From the NCBI GenBank assembly GCA_963847445.1, contig CAWJZV010000048.1, forward strand, positions 241,673-305,672: a stretch of DNA of 64,000 nt. The letters are read 5' to 3'. Below, piece after piece: positions 1-10,092 of this stretch. A model generated the notes under the pieces. It was not told where the DNA came from. It worked only from the letters and a program-made list of their open reading frames with translations, and did no database searches. The DNA is from an uncultured delta proteobacterium (GTDB lineage Bacteria > Desulfobacterota > Binatia > UBA9968). The translations under genes were made by a program, and so were the position numbers. Every line of letters begins with the position of its first letter. The first letter of the stretch is position 1.

Positions 1-88
1 AGTAAACCACATGTTCGGACTTGGTAGCACACTGCGTCCGCGTGGCCGGCCGCGGAATGAGCGAAAAAGCAGCCTGTCCCCGTTTTAG
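1..88 (+). mobile_element. 3' end of a probable IS200-like/RAYT (Y1 HUH) transposase
   Basis: Frame from nt 2 reads VNHMFGLGSTLRPRGRPRNERKSSLSPF*; LxSTLRPRGRPR followed by AAAAAGCAGCCTGTCCCC resembles the ends of RAYT-type transposase genes; truncated by the window edge. Confidence 0.5.
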
Positions 89-206
89 ATCCCTTTTTAG
101 ATCATCCTTTTTGCTAAACCGGCGCTTAAAGGTTTTCCTTGTGATGCCGATTTAACGGAGGAATCGGCATCGCGACTACACCACCGACGAGCATCAGGAG
201 CGTCAA

Positions 207-1205
207 ATGCAGGAAATTCCCATCAAAAATATCATGAGCACGGAGGTTCGATGCGCTTCGCTGTCGACGCCTCTTTCACAGGTCATCCAGTCGATGAAAC
301 GACGCCATCAGTCGTGTGCGGTCATTACCGAGAACGGTCGGCCCGTAGGAATAGTCACTGAACGCGATATTGTTCGCCAGGTGACAGAGCTGATCGACAA
401 AGGTAGAGGGTACGATCCGGCGGTGAGTTCAGTCATGTCTGCGCCGCCGATCACGATTCATGAGAACGCGACTTTTTTCGAAGCTCTGGTGGTCGCCAAA
501 TCCAACCGAATCCGCCACATACCGGTCATCGACAGCCGCGGTGAATTGGCCGGTATCGTCACCTATAGCGATCTGGTCGCAGCTCATTTCCAGGTCATCA
601 ATCGCTACACGGAGATTCTTGAACGGGAGGTTGCCTCCCGCACCGAGCAATTGACTGAGGCAAACGAGAAACTTCGGGAACTCTCTTTGGAGGATGGTCT
701 ACTCAAGATCGGCAACCGACGGTCCATGGAGGTCGACCTCAATCACACCCATTCTGCCGCGGTGCGCTACCGCCGTTCCTATGCTGTCATTCTATTCGAT
801 GTCGACTATTTTAAGCTTTACAACGATCACTACGGCCACGCGGGGGGCGACCGAGTATTGCAGCAAATCAGCGGCTATCTAAAAGACGCCGTTCGGAAAT
901 CGGATCGCGTCTATCGCTATGGGGGAGAGGAAATACTGGTGTTGCTGCCGGAAACTTCACAAGACCATGCTCACACTGTGGCACGACGACTTGTTGAGGG
1001 GATTGCGAATTGCTGTATTCCACACGAGGCACACCCACTGAAAGTCCTAACGGTCAGTGGCGGCGTCAGTTTGTCGGACGAGACAGACGGCGAGGAATGG
1101 AACCGCGTGGTGCAGCGCGCCGACAGCGCCCTATACCAGGCAAAACATCGTGGGCGAAACCGGATTGTAGTCTTTGAATTCGACTCACCCCTGGCCACAA
1201 ACTAG
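207..1205 (+). CDS. Tandem-CBS diguanylate cyclase (CBS-CBS-coiled coil-GGDEF)
   Basis: Two CBS pairs (GIVTERDIV, GIVTYSDLV); DVDYFKLYND; RYGGEEI active site with RKSD I-site; RBS AGGAG. Confidence 0.9.
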   Translation: MQEIPIKNIMSTEVRCASLSTPLSQVIQSMKRRHQSCAVITENGRPVGIVTERDIVRQVTELIDKGRGYDPAVSSVMSAPPITIHENATFFEALVVAKSNRIRHIPVIDSRGELAGIVTYSDLVAAHFQVINRYTEILEREVASRTEQLTEANEKLRELSLEDGLLKIGNRRSMEVDLNHTHSAAVRYRRSYAVILFDVDYFKLYNDHYGHAGGDRVLQQISGYLKDAVRKSDRVYRYGGEEILVLLPETSQDHAHTVARRLVEGIANCCIPHEAHPLKVLTVSGGVSLSDETDGEEWNRVVQRADSALYQAKHRGRNRIVVFEFDSPLATN

Positions 1206-1395
1206 ATTGCACACAGCAACTTGAGAATCAGGCCTTGAAACTTGCAAGTGTGGAATCTTTCTGCCTGCTTGCTATTGAACCCAAAAGTTTCTGAGCGCAA
1301 AACAGAGTGACCCGAGACACTGTATTTGCCGATCTTTATGTAGCTGATAGGATGCGGCGAGCCAATTTTGTCGATCATGGCGGCTGCGGCCGCCA

Positions 1396-2442
1396 TTGAA
1401 AGGATCCCTGATGGTTTTGGTCCGCCAACTCGACCGGCATGTCGCCGCCCGAACATTTGTCACCGCCGTTTTCACATTGCTGGCCGTCGCTTTGCCATTA
1501 TTTTCCTGCCAGGCCGCGGCGGCGCCCACTAAAATCGTCATCAGCTACGCGATCCTGAGCGAGCGCGAGGGCGTGCTCATGGTCGCCCGCGATCAGGGCT
1601 TTTTCGCCAGGCAGGGACTCGATGTCGAGTTGGTTTACATGCCGAGCGCGCCAATTTCCCTGGCAGCCATGGCCCGCGGCGACTCCCAGGTCAACACCGG
1701 TTCAGCCTCGGGGGCCATCCTCGGTGCCATGGCCGGCGGACTGGATCTGGTTTTCGTCGCCGGGCTGGTCAATAAACTAACCGGCGTCATCGTCACCGGG
1801 CCGAGTATCAACAGCCCGGCCGATCTCAAGGGCAAGACCATCGGCGTGACCAGCATCGGCGGCGGCAACTGGGTGTTTACCATGCTCGCGCTCGAACATT
1901 GGAAGCTCGATGTCAAACGCGACAATATAACCATCCGCGTCATCGGCAACGACTCGGTGCGCGCCCAGGCGATCACCAACGGCACCATCGACGCGACCCA
2001 GCTTTCCGCCTACTCGTTGGTGACGCCGTTGAAGCGCCAGGGGGCTCGGGTGCTGGCCGACCTGCCGGATCTGGGGGTGCCCTACCAGGGGGTGACGGTT
2101 TTTACCCGGCGCAGCTATCTCAATCAAAACCCTGATACGGTGGAAAAACTGTTGACCGCGATCGTCGAAGCCATCGCCTTTATCCAGGACCCGGCGAATA
2201 AAGCCGCGGTGTTGCGCAGCTTGTCCAAAGGGCTGCGCCTGGCCAAACCCGAAGACAGCGCCGAGGGATACGAAAGCGTCAAGCCGCTGTTCGAACGGAA
2301 GATTTATCCGACGGTCGAGGGCGTGCGCAATACGATTCGACTGCTCGGCATGAGCAACGAAAAGATTCGCAATCTGCGGCCCGAAGAGATCATCGACGAT
2401 CGCATCGTCCGGCGCTTGGAGCAGAAGGGGTTGTTTCGTTAG
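1396..2442 (+). CDS. NitT/TauT (SsuA/THI5-like) ABC substrate-binding protein
   Basis: Signal peptide; QGFFARQGLDVEL and PADLKGKTIGVT motifs; start may be 1411. Confidence 0.85.
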   Translation: MKGSLMVLVRQLDRHVAARTFVTAVFTLLAVALPLFSCQAAAAPTKIVISYAILSEREGVLMVARDQGFFARQGLDVELVYMPSAPISLAAMARGDSQVNTGSASGAILGAMAGGLDLVFVAGLVNKLTGVIVTGPSINSPADLKGKTIGVTSIGGGNWVFTMLALEHWKLDVKRDNITIRVIGNDSVRAQAITNGTIDATQLSAYSLVTPLKRQGARVLADLPDLGVPYQGVTVFTRRSYLNQNPDTVEKLLTAIVEAIAFIQDPANKAAVLRSLSKGLRLAKPEDSAEGYESVKPLFERKIYPTVEGVRNTIRLLGMSNEKIRNLRPEEIIDDRIVRRLEQKGLFR

Positions 2443-2678
2443 GTAGTCGCAGTCGCGACCGGTCAAATCGTTCAACCCGCTGGTTCTTCGTTCAAGTGGG
2501 CCGCGCTGCGACGGGGCAACGCTGAACAACCGCGGCCGGTTTCAAACGTTCCACCGCTACGCTCAGTTCAAGTCGTTCCAATCGTTAGCAGATTTGGGAA
2601 ACGGAAACTTACTTCGGGCTATCTGCTTCTATCCCATTGCGGCGCCGCGCTTTGACGCCAAAGACCAACCCGGTCATT

Positions 2679-2764
2679 GGTGAGCCTGTCGAACCATTGA
2701 ACGGCTTGCCTTCGATAAGTCTCAGGCCCTGAGCATGCCGAAGGGAACGTTTTGAACTCTCTGA
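2679..2764. repeat. Dispersed palindromic repeat (GGTGAGCCTGTCGAACC..TTGAAC family) with an internal CCTTCG..CTCAGG/CCTGAG..CGAAGG hairpin
   Basis: Near-identical direct copy without the hairpin at 4482-4522. Confidence 0.75.
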
Positions 2765-2809
2765 AGAATAAGCTGCCACGCATGCTAGGGCATTCATCGT
2801 CTCACAACT

Positions 2810-3124
2810 TCATTCGCTTTTAAGCCCATCACGAAAGGCAATCGCTTCCAGTTCCACCCGGACAGCGTCCATGACGGGAACCACGGGGCGCGCCTCGAAT
2901 TCAAAAGCAGGCAACATCGAGCAGAACTTGTGCACCGCCAAAGGATCGTCGCAATCCAGCATCATATATCCACCCCAGTCGCCCACTCGTACAACGAACA
3001 ACTCGATCTTGAAATTGGCGGGCGCCTGCCATTGAGTGAATACCTCCAGGATCCGCTTCTGGGCATTTTCGTATTCTGCAGGCGAACCTTGCGGGCGTTC
3101 GGACCACGTGATCATGTATTTCAT
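2810..3124 (-). CDS. DUF3303-like small protein
   Basis: MKYMITWSERPQGS...GDWGGYMMLDCDDP; ATG at 3124, 104 aa. Confidence 0.7.
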   Translation of the reverse strand: MKYMITWSERPQGSPAEYENAQKRILEVFTQWQAPANFKIELFVVRVGDWGGYMMLDCDDPLAVHKFCSMLPAFEFEARPVVPVMDAVRVELEAIAFRDGLKSE

Positions 3125-3253
3125 GAATTTATCTTGCCTTTCTTGTTCGACTAACTTCGTTTCTGTTGGTGTGACCGTCTCACCGCAGGTCCGAACTGGC
3201 GGAAATATCGCCAGCCAAACCGACGCGGCAAAATCCAAAAACCGGCTCGTGGT

Positions 3254-3703
3254 CTAACTATCTGGAATTTTCGCCTCGACAAGTTTCGCCAGAAGAGTGA
3301 GCGATTCCTGCCAGCCGAGATAGCAAGCCTCGGCAGGAATGACATCGGGCACCCCTTCTTGCACGATGTTCAACTCAGTCCCGACCGATACCTTCTTCAA
3401 GGTTACCGTCACCTGAAGTTCCCCTGGCAGGTTCGGGTCGTCAAATTTGTCCGTGTAGCGAATGCGTTCGTGCGGCACCAGTTCGAGATACGTGCCGCCG
3501 AAGGAGTGGCTATGTCCGGTGGTGAAATTCGTGAACGACATCTTGTGGGTGCCGCCGACCTTGGCGTCCAAGTGGTGAACCTTGCCGGTGAATCCGTTTG
3601 GCGGAAGCCATTTGGCCATCGCGTCGGCGTCGAGGAACGCCCGATAGATTCTCTCAGGCGTCGCACGGAGCACGCGGTGAAGGCGGATGGTGTTTGTCGA
3701 CAT
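3254..3703 (-). CDS. SRPBCC/AHSA1 domain protein
   Basis: LHRVLRATPERIYRAFLD...KWLPP...CYLGWQESL; RBS AAGGA before ATG 3703. Confidence 0.88.
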   Translation of the reverse strand: MSTNTIRLHRVLRATPERIYRAFLDADAMAKWLPPNGFTGKVHHLDAKVGGTHKMSFTNFTTGHSHSFGGTYLELVPHERIRYTDKFDDPNLPGELQVTVTLKKVSVGTELNIVQEGVPDVIPAEACYLGWQESLTLLAKLVEAKIPDS

Positions 3704-3769
3704 GATTTCATTTCCTTTCGATGGGTGGTGTTGTATGCAGTGATAAATTTTTTGCAGTGGCCGATCGCC

Positions 3770-3826
3770 GCCTAACGTTGAGTTCGGTGACTGCCGAAGG
3801 CAGTCTGCTGGCACGAAAGGTTGCGG
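3770..3826 (-). mobile_element. Integron attC-like recombination site (57 bp, degenerate)
   Basis: Minus strand: CCGCAAC-CTTTC-GTGCCAGC-A-GACTGCC-TTC-GGCAGTC-ACCGAAC-TCAAC-GTTAGGC; R''/L''/hairpin/L'/R' layout in the same orientation as the flanking genes. Confidence 0.6.
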
Positions 3827-3877
3827 TGACGTATTTCCTGCTGTGATCTTGATTGTGAACGTTGTGAACACAGAATG

Positions 3878-4303
3878 CTAGACATCGGTTTTGCCAAATC
3901 GAGGAATGCCTTGATTCTGGCCGGGAGGATCGAGGACTGTTTCGTCCAACGCGAGCGGCTCTCCGATCCATTGCGCTAGACTGGTGTGGTCAGCGACATC
4001 ATCTTGCGTGAGCGGGTGGACAAGAACGGTTAGCCCACTGGAAGAAAGCAACGGGATAACTACCTTCAATGCCGCGGCCAAGAAGTGCACTTCAAACTGC
4101 GGCTTGGGGTGTGGCCCAACACTCTGGTCGCGCATTGCACCAACGAAGAGCAAGCTGGTTAGAACTCCGCTGGCTCGCATCGCGTCGAGCTGTTGATGAA
4201 GCCGCTCAGCAACGGCTCGGCTGCGTGGCTCATAATACACATGGGCGTGGTATGGTGCGCTGGGTTCGTTCACGGCGTACTCATTCCGGCGAGTTGTTGG
4301 CAA
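3878..4303 (-). CDS. DOPA 4,5-dioxygenase family protein
   Basis: YHAHVYY, VGPHPKPQFEV, LTVLVHPLT..DH..W motifs; start may be GTG ~4273. Confidence 0.85.
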   Translation of the reverse strand: MPTTRRNEYAVNEPSAPYHAHVYYEPRSRAVAERLHQQLDAMRASGVLTSLLFVGAMRDQSVGPHPKPQFEVHFLAAALKVVIPLLSSSGLTVLVHPLTQDDVADHTSLAQWIGEPLALDETVLDPPGQNQGIPRFGKTDV

Positions 4304-4481
4304 TGCATCGCGTTCTCACTCCGGCAGTTGCGGCCACGTTGGCCTCCTATCCCGCTCGGGCCGCAGCCTATTTCGGCTACCAGGCCACAGTCAAGTTGGT
4401 TTACGGTTTGGGTGAGAGGCGCAGTCCAGACGTTAGTAACGCCGGATCGAACCAAAGCAACCTCTTGATTTGACAATCCAA

Positions 4482-4522
4482 GGTGAGCCTGTCGAGCCAC
4501 TTGAACGTTTTGAACTCTCTGA
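4482..4522. repeat. Second copy of the GGTGAGCCTGTCGA..TTGAACGTTTTGAACTCTCTGA repeat
   Basis: Direct repeat of 2679-2764. Confidence 0.75.
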
Positions 4523-4652
4523 GGACTACGTTGGTGCGCGAACCAGAAATGAGGCTCTGACACAAAAACACAATCGCTGGGAAGAAAGCGTCGATGATGC
4601 TAGGACATAGCTGGGTGCGACCGGTGAACTCATTGCGTTTTGATTTCTGAAT

Positions 4653-5465
4653 ATGGCGAATCGAGTCTTTCTCATCGCGCTTGGCCGCGCCTTCGGCGGA
4701 GCGCTCATTTTCACCTTGCCCATGCTCATGACGATGGAGATGTGGTGGCTTGGCTTCTCCATGCCACCTTGGAAACTCGCTCTCTTACTGTTGGCCACCC
4801 TACCGCTCTTGATCGGGCTCTCTCATTACATGGGCTTTGAGGACACGTTCGGGTTCAAAGACGATGCCCTGGACTCCTTTGTGGCGCTGGCGGTGGGATT
4901 CATTGCCGCGGCCGTGAGCCTGGCGCTTTTTTCGGTGATTGACAGCGAAATGTCGATGCAAGAGATCATCGGGAAAATATCGATTCAGGCGGTGCCGGGC
5001 AGCATCGGTGCGATGTTTGCGCAAAGCGAATTTGGCGGGGACGAGAAACAGCAGCGGGAAAAACAGCGCCACGCCGGCTATTTCGGAGAAATTTTTATCA
5101 TGGCGGCAGGAGCGCTCTTCCTCGCTTTCAACCTTGCTCCGACGGATGAGATCATGTTGATCGGCCATCAAATGAGCCCCTGGCACTCGATCGCGCTGGT
5201 CGTGGTCTCTCTCCTCGTCATGCATGCATTTGTCTATTCGGTCGAGTTCCTGGGAAGCGCGCCGGTCCCGGAGGGAGCCTCGCGGCGCGGCATCTTCGTG
5301 CGCTATACGGTCGTGGGCTATGCTATTGTATTGCTGATGAGCGCCTACATGCTTTGGACCTTTGGTCGAACCGACGGCTTGCCGATCGGTCAAGTGATAT
5401 CGCCTTTGATCGTGCTCGGCTTTCCATCGGCCGTCGGCGCGGCAGCCGCAAGGCTAATTCTTTAA
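4653..5465 (+). CDS. TIGR02587-family integral membrane protein
   Basis: LGRAFGGALIFTLPMLMTMEMWWLG; FNLAPTDE; AVGAAAARLIL C-terminus; multiple TM segments. Confidence 0.85.
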   Translation: MANRVFLIALGRAFGGALIFTLPMLMTMEMWWLGFSMPPWKLALLLLATLPLLIGLSHYMGFEDTFGFKDDALDSFVALAVGFIAAAVSLALFSVIDSEMSMQEIIGKISIQAVPGSIGAMFAQSEFGGDEKQQREKQRHAGYFGEIFIMAAGALFLAFNLAPTDEIMLIGHQMSPWHSIALVVVSLLVMHAFVYSVEFLGSAPVPEGASRRGIFVRYTVVGYAIVLLMSAYMLWTFGRTDGLPIGQVISPLIVLGFPSAVGAAAARLIL

Positions 5466-5475
5466 CTGCACCGCC

Positions 5476-5959
5476 ATGGCGACGCGCGCTAAGAAACCAG
5501 ATCAAAAACGGCGCCACAGCGACAACGAAGGCGCGCTGCCGGGCAGTTCACGCTCCGGTTTTTCCGGCAATACGCAAGAGTCTCAAGCCATTCCTGCTTT
5601 GGAATGGATCATGGGGGGCATAGGCTTTTTGATCATTGCCTGCGTGCTCGGGTTCCTGCTGTATACGGGGATCAACGAAGACCATCCGGTGCCCGACGTG
5701 AAAATTGTCGGTGGATTCAGTGCTGCGAATTCGCAACGGTTATCTAGTTCGTGTGACTGCGACGAACGAGGGCGGCTTGACTGCAGGGGGAGTGATCGTC
5801 GAAGGCGAGCTGCGCAAGGGCGCGGAGCCGGTAGAGCGCAGCGAAGCGGTGATCGAGTTTCTTCCGCCGCGCTCAAAGAAGCGCGCTGGTCTCTTCTTTA
5901 GCAGGGATCCAAACCAATTCGAGCTCAAGCTGCGCCCGCTCGGATATGAGGAACAGTAG
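5476..5959 (+). CDS. TIGR02588-family protein (frameshift ~5705)
   Basis: LEWIMGGIG TM segment, then in the other frame NEGGLTAGGVIVEGEL...GLFFSRDP...LGYEEQ; usual partner of TIGR02587. Confidence 0.8.
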
Positions 5960-6086
5960 TTTTTGGAACAGGCGAGAATTCGATCAACCGCTTTGCTCGT
6001 TCAACATGTTGCAGAGCGTCGCAAACTTGATTATGTGAAATGGCAAAACCAAACGACTCGCAAAACAGCATCTGGAGGAAGTAACA

Positions 6087-7145
6087 ATGAAAAAAACCTG
6101 CATCCCGGTGGTTACTCTAAGTATTTTCTTGGGGCTGATATTTCTTTGGCCTGCCGTTGGTCCGGCGCAGACGCCTTTCTATGACGGCAAGACATTGACG
6201 GTCGTGCTCAGCACCGATCCCGCGGGAACTTCGTCGGTTCGCCTCAGACCCTTGATTCCCTATTTGCGCAAACACATTCCCGGCAATCCAACCATCGTGG
6301 TCGATTATATGGAGGGCGGCGGCGGTCGTAAGGGGGCAAACCATGTTTTTAGAAGCGCTCGCCCTGACGGTTTGACCGTCGGCGCCTTGAGCGGTTCGGT
6401 GATCGCGCTGAGCATTATGGGCGAGAGCGGCGTCATGTACGATATCAACAAGTTCATCTATCTCGGCGCCACTGAAGGCGTCGCTCATCAAGTGTTTTAT
6501 ACGAGGAAAGAACTTGGTCTGGACAGCCTGGATAAGCTGCGGGCGGCGAGCGGGATCAGGTTGGGCGCCCAGTCCGTGGGCCATTCCGGATACGTCGCCG
6601 GTCGGGTGTTTGCCTACTTGATGGGATTGAAAGAGCCGAAATTTGCCACCGGCTATACCGGTCCCGAACTCGACGTGGCGCTGCTCCGCGGCGAGATCGA
6701 TGCCCGGTCGAATCTGGCGACTTCGATTTTGATGCGCAACTCGGACTGGCTGGACAAGGGGACGATGAATTTTCACTCCATCGTGGAAATTCCCAAAGGA
6801 TCGAAGCATCCCCGCTTCGCCAAACTCGCCGAGCTCGAGAGCTTCGCAAAATCCGATACCGACCGAAAGCTCGTTACCGTATTCCGCTCCTTTCGAAATG
6901 CCGGGGCGCCGTTCGTTGTGCCCCCCGGGACGCCCAAAGACCGGGTAGAGATACTGCGGGAGGCGATGCGGCGGGCATTTAAAGATCCCGAATTTCTCGC
7001 CGACTACAAGAAAATTATCCGGGAGGATTTCGAACCGGTGATGCCGGAAGAGGTCGATCAGGCGATTCGCGAGATCCCGCGCGACCCCGAGATCAACGAA
7101 TTGGTCAAGAAACTCTCCGGGCCGGGTCCGATGCCTTTGCGATAA
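6087..7145 (+). CDS. Bug/TctC-like tripartite tricarboxylate transporter substrate-binding protein
   Basis: Signal peptide; FYDGKTLTVV, KHIPGNPTIVVDYMEGGGG, PPGTPKDRVEILR. Confidence 0.8.
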   Translation: MKKTCIPVVTLSIFLGLIFLWPAVGPAQTPFYDGKTLTVVLSTDPAGTSSVRLRPLIPYLRKHIPGNPTIVVDYMEGGGGRKGANHVFRSARPDGLTVGALSGSVIALSIMGESGVMYDINKFIYLGATEGVAHQVFYTRKELGLDSLDKLRAASGIRLGAQSVGHSGYVAGRVFAYLMGLKEPKFATGYTGPELDVALLRGEIDARSNLATSILMRNSDWLDKGTMNFHSIVEIPKGSKHPRFAKLAELESFAKSDTDRKLVTVFRSFRNAGAPFVVPPGTPKDRVEILREAMRRAFKDPEFLADYKKIIREDFEPVMPEEVDQAIREIPRDPEINELVKKLSGPGPMPLR

Positions 7146-7322
7146 CGGACAGGCACGTTTTGACTAACTGCACACCGGCGGCTGGTTTGCCTACTTCGTT
7201 CGGCGTGACGCAGCCACATGGCGTCGTTGATTGGATGAGGCAGAGGCGCCAGCCGTCGGTTACCGCGCGAATTAACAAAGACTGAACACCACTGCGATGG
7301 TTTCGCAGATCATCACGAGTAG

Positions 7323-8881
7323 TTAGGCAGCCGGCGCGGACAGTTCCACCAGCGCCTTTGGCAGACCGTCAACGATATCCGACGCAATCAGTCCGATCGG
7401 CCCCTTGGCTTCAGCGGCGCGGTCACCGACATAGCCGTGTAAAAAAACGCCGAGCTTCATCGCATCCTCGGCGGACATCCCCTGCCCCAGGAGTGCGGCG
7501 ATGATTCCCGCCAGGACATCGCCCATGCCGCCGCTGGCCATGCCGGGATTTCCAGTTGGATTAACGAATACCTTGCCGTCCGCCGTGGCGATCACCGTCC
7601 GCGCGCCCTTCAGCACCACATGACAGCGGTGCGCGGTGGCGAAACCGCGCGCGACCTCGATGCGGTCGGCATTGACGTCAGAGGTGCTCTTGCCGATCAG
7701 CCGAGCCATCTCGCCCGGATGGGGCGTGAGGATCGGCGCCGTCTGAGCGCGGCGCAGGCGGTCCAAGTCAAGCGCCAGATTATTCAAACCGTCCGCATCG
7801 ATGACCCACGGCATAGCTACATTGCGCAACAGCCAGCGGGTCGCCGATTGGGTCGCGTCGCTGACACCGATGCCGGGGCCAAAAAGCAAAACTGTTTTTG
7901 CGCTCGATCAAACGCCGCCAATCGGCGTCGCTCAGCATTTCCAACTGCTCGCACGTTTCATCGCCCAATGGCTCGGTCATCACTTCGACCAGCGCGCCGG
8001 CGAAGATCCCATTCAACGCGCGCGGCGCGGCGAGGGTCACCAGACCTGCGCCAGTGCGCATCGCCGCGCGGCAAGCCAAGATCGCCGCGCCGGTCTTCCC
8101 TCTCGCCCCGGCGACCACCAGCAGATGGCCGTAGGTGCCCTTATGCGTGTCCGATTGGCGCCGCGGCACCAACCAACGAACGGTTTCTCGATCGAGCAGG
8201 TCGATTTGCGGCGCGACTTCGGCCAGCGCGCGGCTATCGATGCCGATGTCGGCAACGACCAACTCGCCGACGTGAGTTAAACCCGGATGAATCACCTCGC
8301 CGAGTTTCGCATAACCCAGGGCCACCGTCATCTCGGCTTGAATCGCCACGCCCAACGGCTGTCCGGTGTCGCTGTCCATGCCGGAGGGAATATCGACGGC
8401 GACAGTGGGCAGGCCGGATGCGTTCATCAGTGTGATCGCTTCGCCGAACAGACCGGCGACGGCGTTCTTCAAGCCGGTGCCGAGAATCGCGTCGACCAAA
8501 AGGCCGTGCCTGGCGAAACTTTGACCTGAGCAACTCCAGCCCGCTGCCGTCGATTTCTGTAACCTTGCCTTTGAGTTTGCTCCAGGCGCGCAGATTATGC
8601 GCCGCGTCGGCCGTAAGCTCCTCGCGCCGCGCCAGTAACGCGACCTCGCAGGGGATGCGCTTTTTTTTCAACAGCCGGGCGACGACAAAACCATCGCCGC
8701 CATTGTTGCCCTTGCCGGCAACGATCAACACGCCTTTCTTGGCGGCTCGCGCGAAACGCTCGAGGATCGCCGCCGCGATACCCGCGCCGGCACGCTCCAT
8801 CAGCGTCAAGCTCGGCGTCGCATACTTCTCGATCGTCAAGCGATCCAGCTCGCGCATCTGTGCGGCGGTGACAACAATCAT
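7323..8881 (-). CDS. nnr: Bifunctional NAD(P)HX epimerase/dehydratase (two frameshifts)
   Basis: GKGNNGGDG, VDAILGTG, AVDIPSG, HKGTYG, DADGLN, LTPHPGEM, ASGGMGDVLAG spread over ORFs 8234-8881, 7780-8499, 7323-7889. Confidence 0.9.
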
Positions 8882-8928
8882 GGTTTCAATTTTCGGAGTT
8901 AAGACTCGTTTGGGATTCCGGTCCGAGC

Positions 8929-8960
8929 CCTTGAACTTTTGAACCCTTGAACCTTGAACG
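8929..8960. repeat. Short-period TTGAAC tandem repeat
   Basis: CCTTGAACTTTTGAACCCTTGAACCTTGAAC; similar run at 34411-34440. Confidence 0.6.
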
Positions 8961-8972
8961 AAATACTTCGGA

Positions 8973-9699
8973 TCACGAGCCGCGAGCGCGGCGCAGCAGC
9001 GTCTTCATTTCGCGCACGGCTTGTTGCATGCCGACCAGCACCGCCCGGGCGATGATGCTGTGGCCGATGTTGAGCTCGACGATTTCTGGAATAGCCGCTA
9101 TCGGCAGGACATTGTCATAATCGAGGCCATGGCCGCCATGGACTTCGAGGCCCAGCCGCTTGGCGAGTTGCGCGCCGGCGATAATCTTGCGCAGTTCCCT
9201 TTGGCGCTTTGCCCCATTGGCATTGCAGTAGCTGCCGGTATGAATCTCGATGCCATGGGCGCCGGTGTCCCTGGCGCATTCGATCTGCTCTTGGTCTGGG
9301 TCGATGAACAGCGACACCTCGACACCGCGCGATTGCAAACGAGTTACCGCGTCCTTGATCTTACGTTTATGTGCGACAACATTGAGCCCGCCTTCGGTGG
9401 TCAGCTCCTGGCGTTTCTCCGGCACGAAGCAAGCGTTTTGCGGCCGAAGTTTCCCGGCGAAGCGCACCATCGCCGCCGTCACCGCCATCTCCAGATTGAC
9501 TTTGGTTTTGCCTCGTTCCATCAAGCGCCGCACGTCATGCTCCTGGATATGGCGGCGGTCTTCGCGCAGGTGCACGGTAATGCCGTTGGCGCCGGCCTTC
9601 TCGGCGAGCAGCGCTGCCGCCACCGGATCGGGGAGCTTCGGCTAGCCGCGCCTGGCGCACCGTGGCGACATGATCGACGTTGACGCCCAAGCGGATCAT
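8973..9699 (-). CDS. pdxJ: Pyridoxine 5'-phosphate synthase (frameshift ~9635)
   Basis: MIRLGVNVDHVATVRQAR from ATG 9699, then ITVHLREDRRHIQ, ELTTEGG, GHGLDY, ELNIGHSII. Confidence 0.93.
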
Positions 9700-9755
9700 G
9701 GATTATGACTCTTCATCTGCTTGTGTCGATTGAGTCAGAAATTGGAACGGATTCA

Positions 9756-10057
9756 TTCACCACGAAGGCACGAGGGACACGAAGGGTTCGGATAATTTCA
9801 ACTCCGAACTTCGTGATCTTCGTACTACCATACCTCGAAATGTACGCGGCTTGCGCAAATTTTGCGGTGCCAGAATACTGAACATGGGATCGACTACTCG
9901 CAAAGGCGCCAAGCTCGCCAAGTTCGGAGGGAAGAGATGCAATATCTTGAAGAATTTATTCACCGTTATTTTCCGACCTTTGCGGACCTTTGCGTCTTTG
10001 CGAGAGATATTCCGAGTTTCGGTTGCGGCTTCGCCGCACTATGTCCTTCGTGATGAA
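9756..10057. repeat. Nested inverted-repeat intergenic element (CACGAAGG/CTTCGTG and CGCAAAG/CTTTGCG families)
   Basis: Outer IR TTCACCACGAAGG...CCTTCGTGATGAA; inner IR CTCGCAAAGGCGCCAAG (9897)...CTTTGCGTCTTTGCGAG (10004). Confidence 0.75.
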
Positions 10058-10092
10058 AACTCTTTTCGCGACCAGCACTGACTCGTCTCGTT

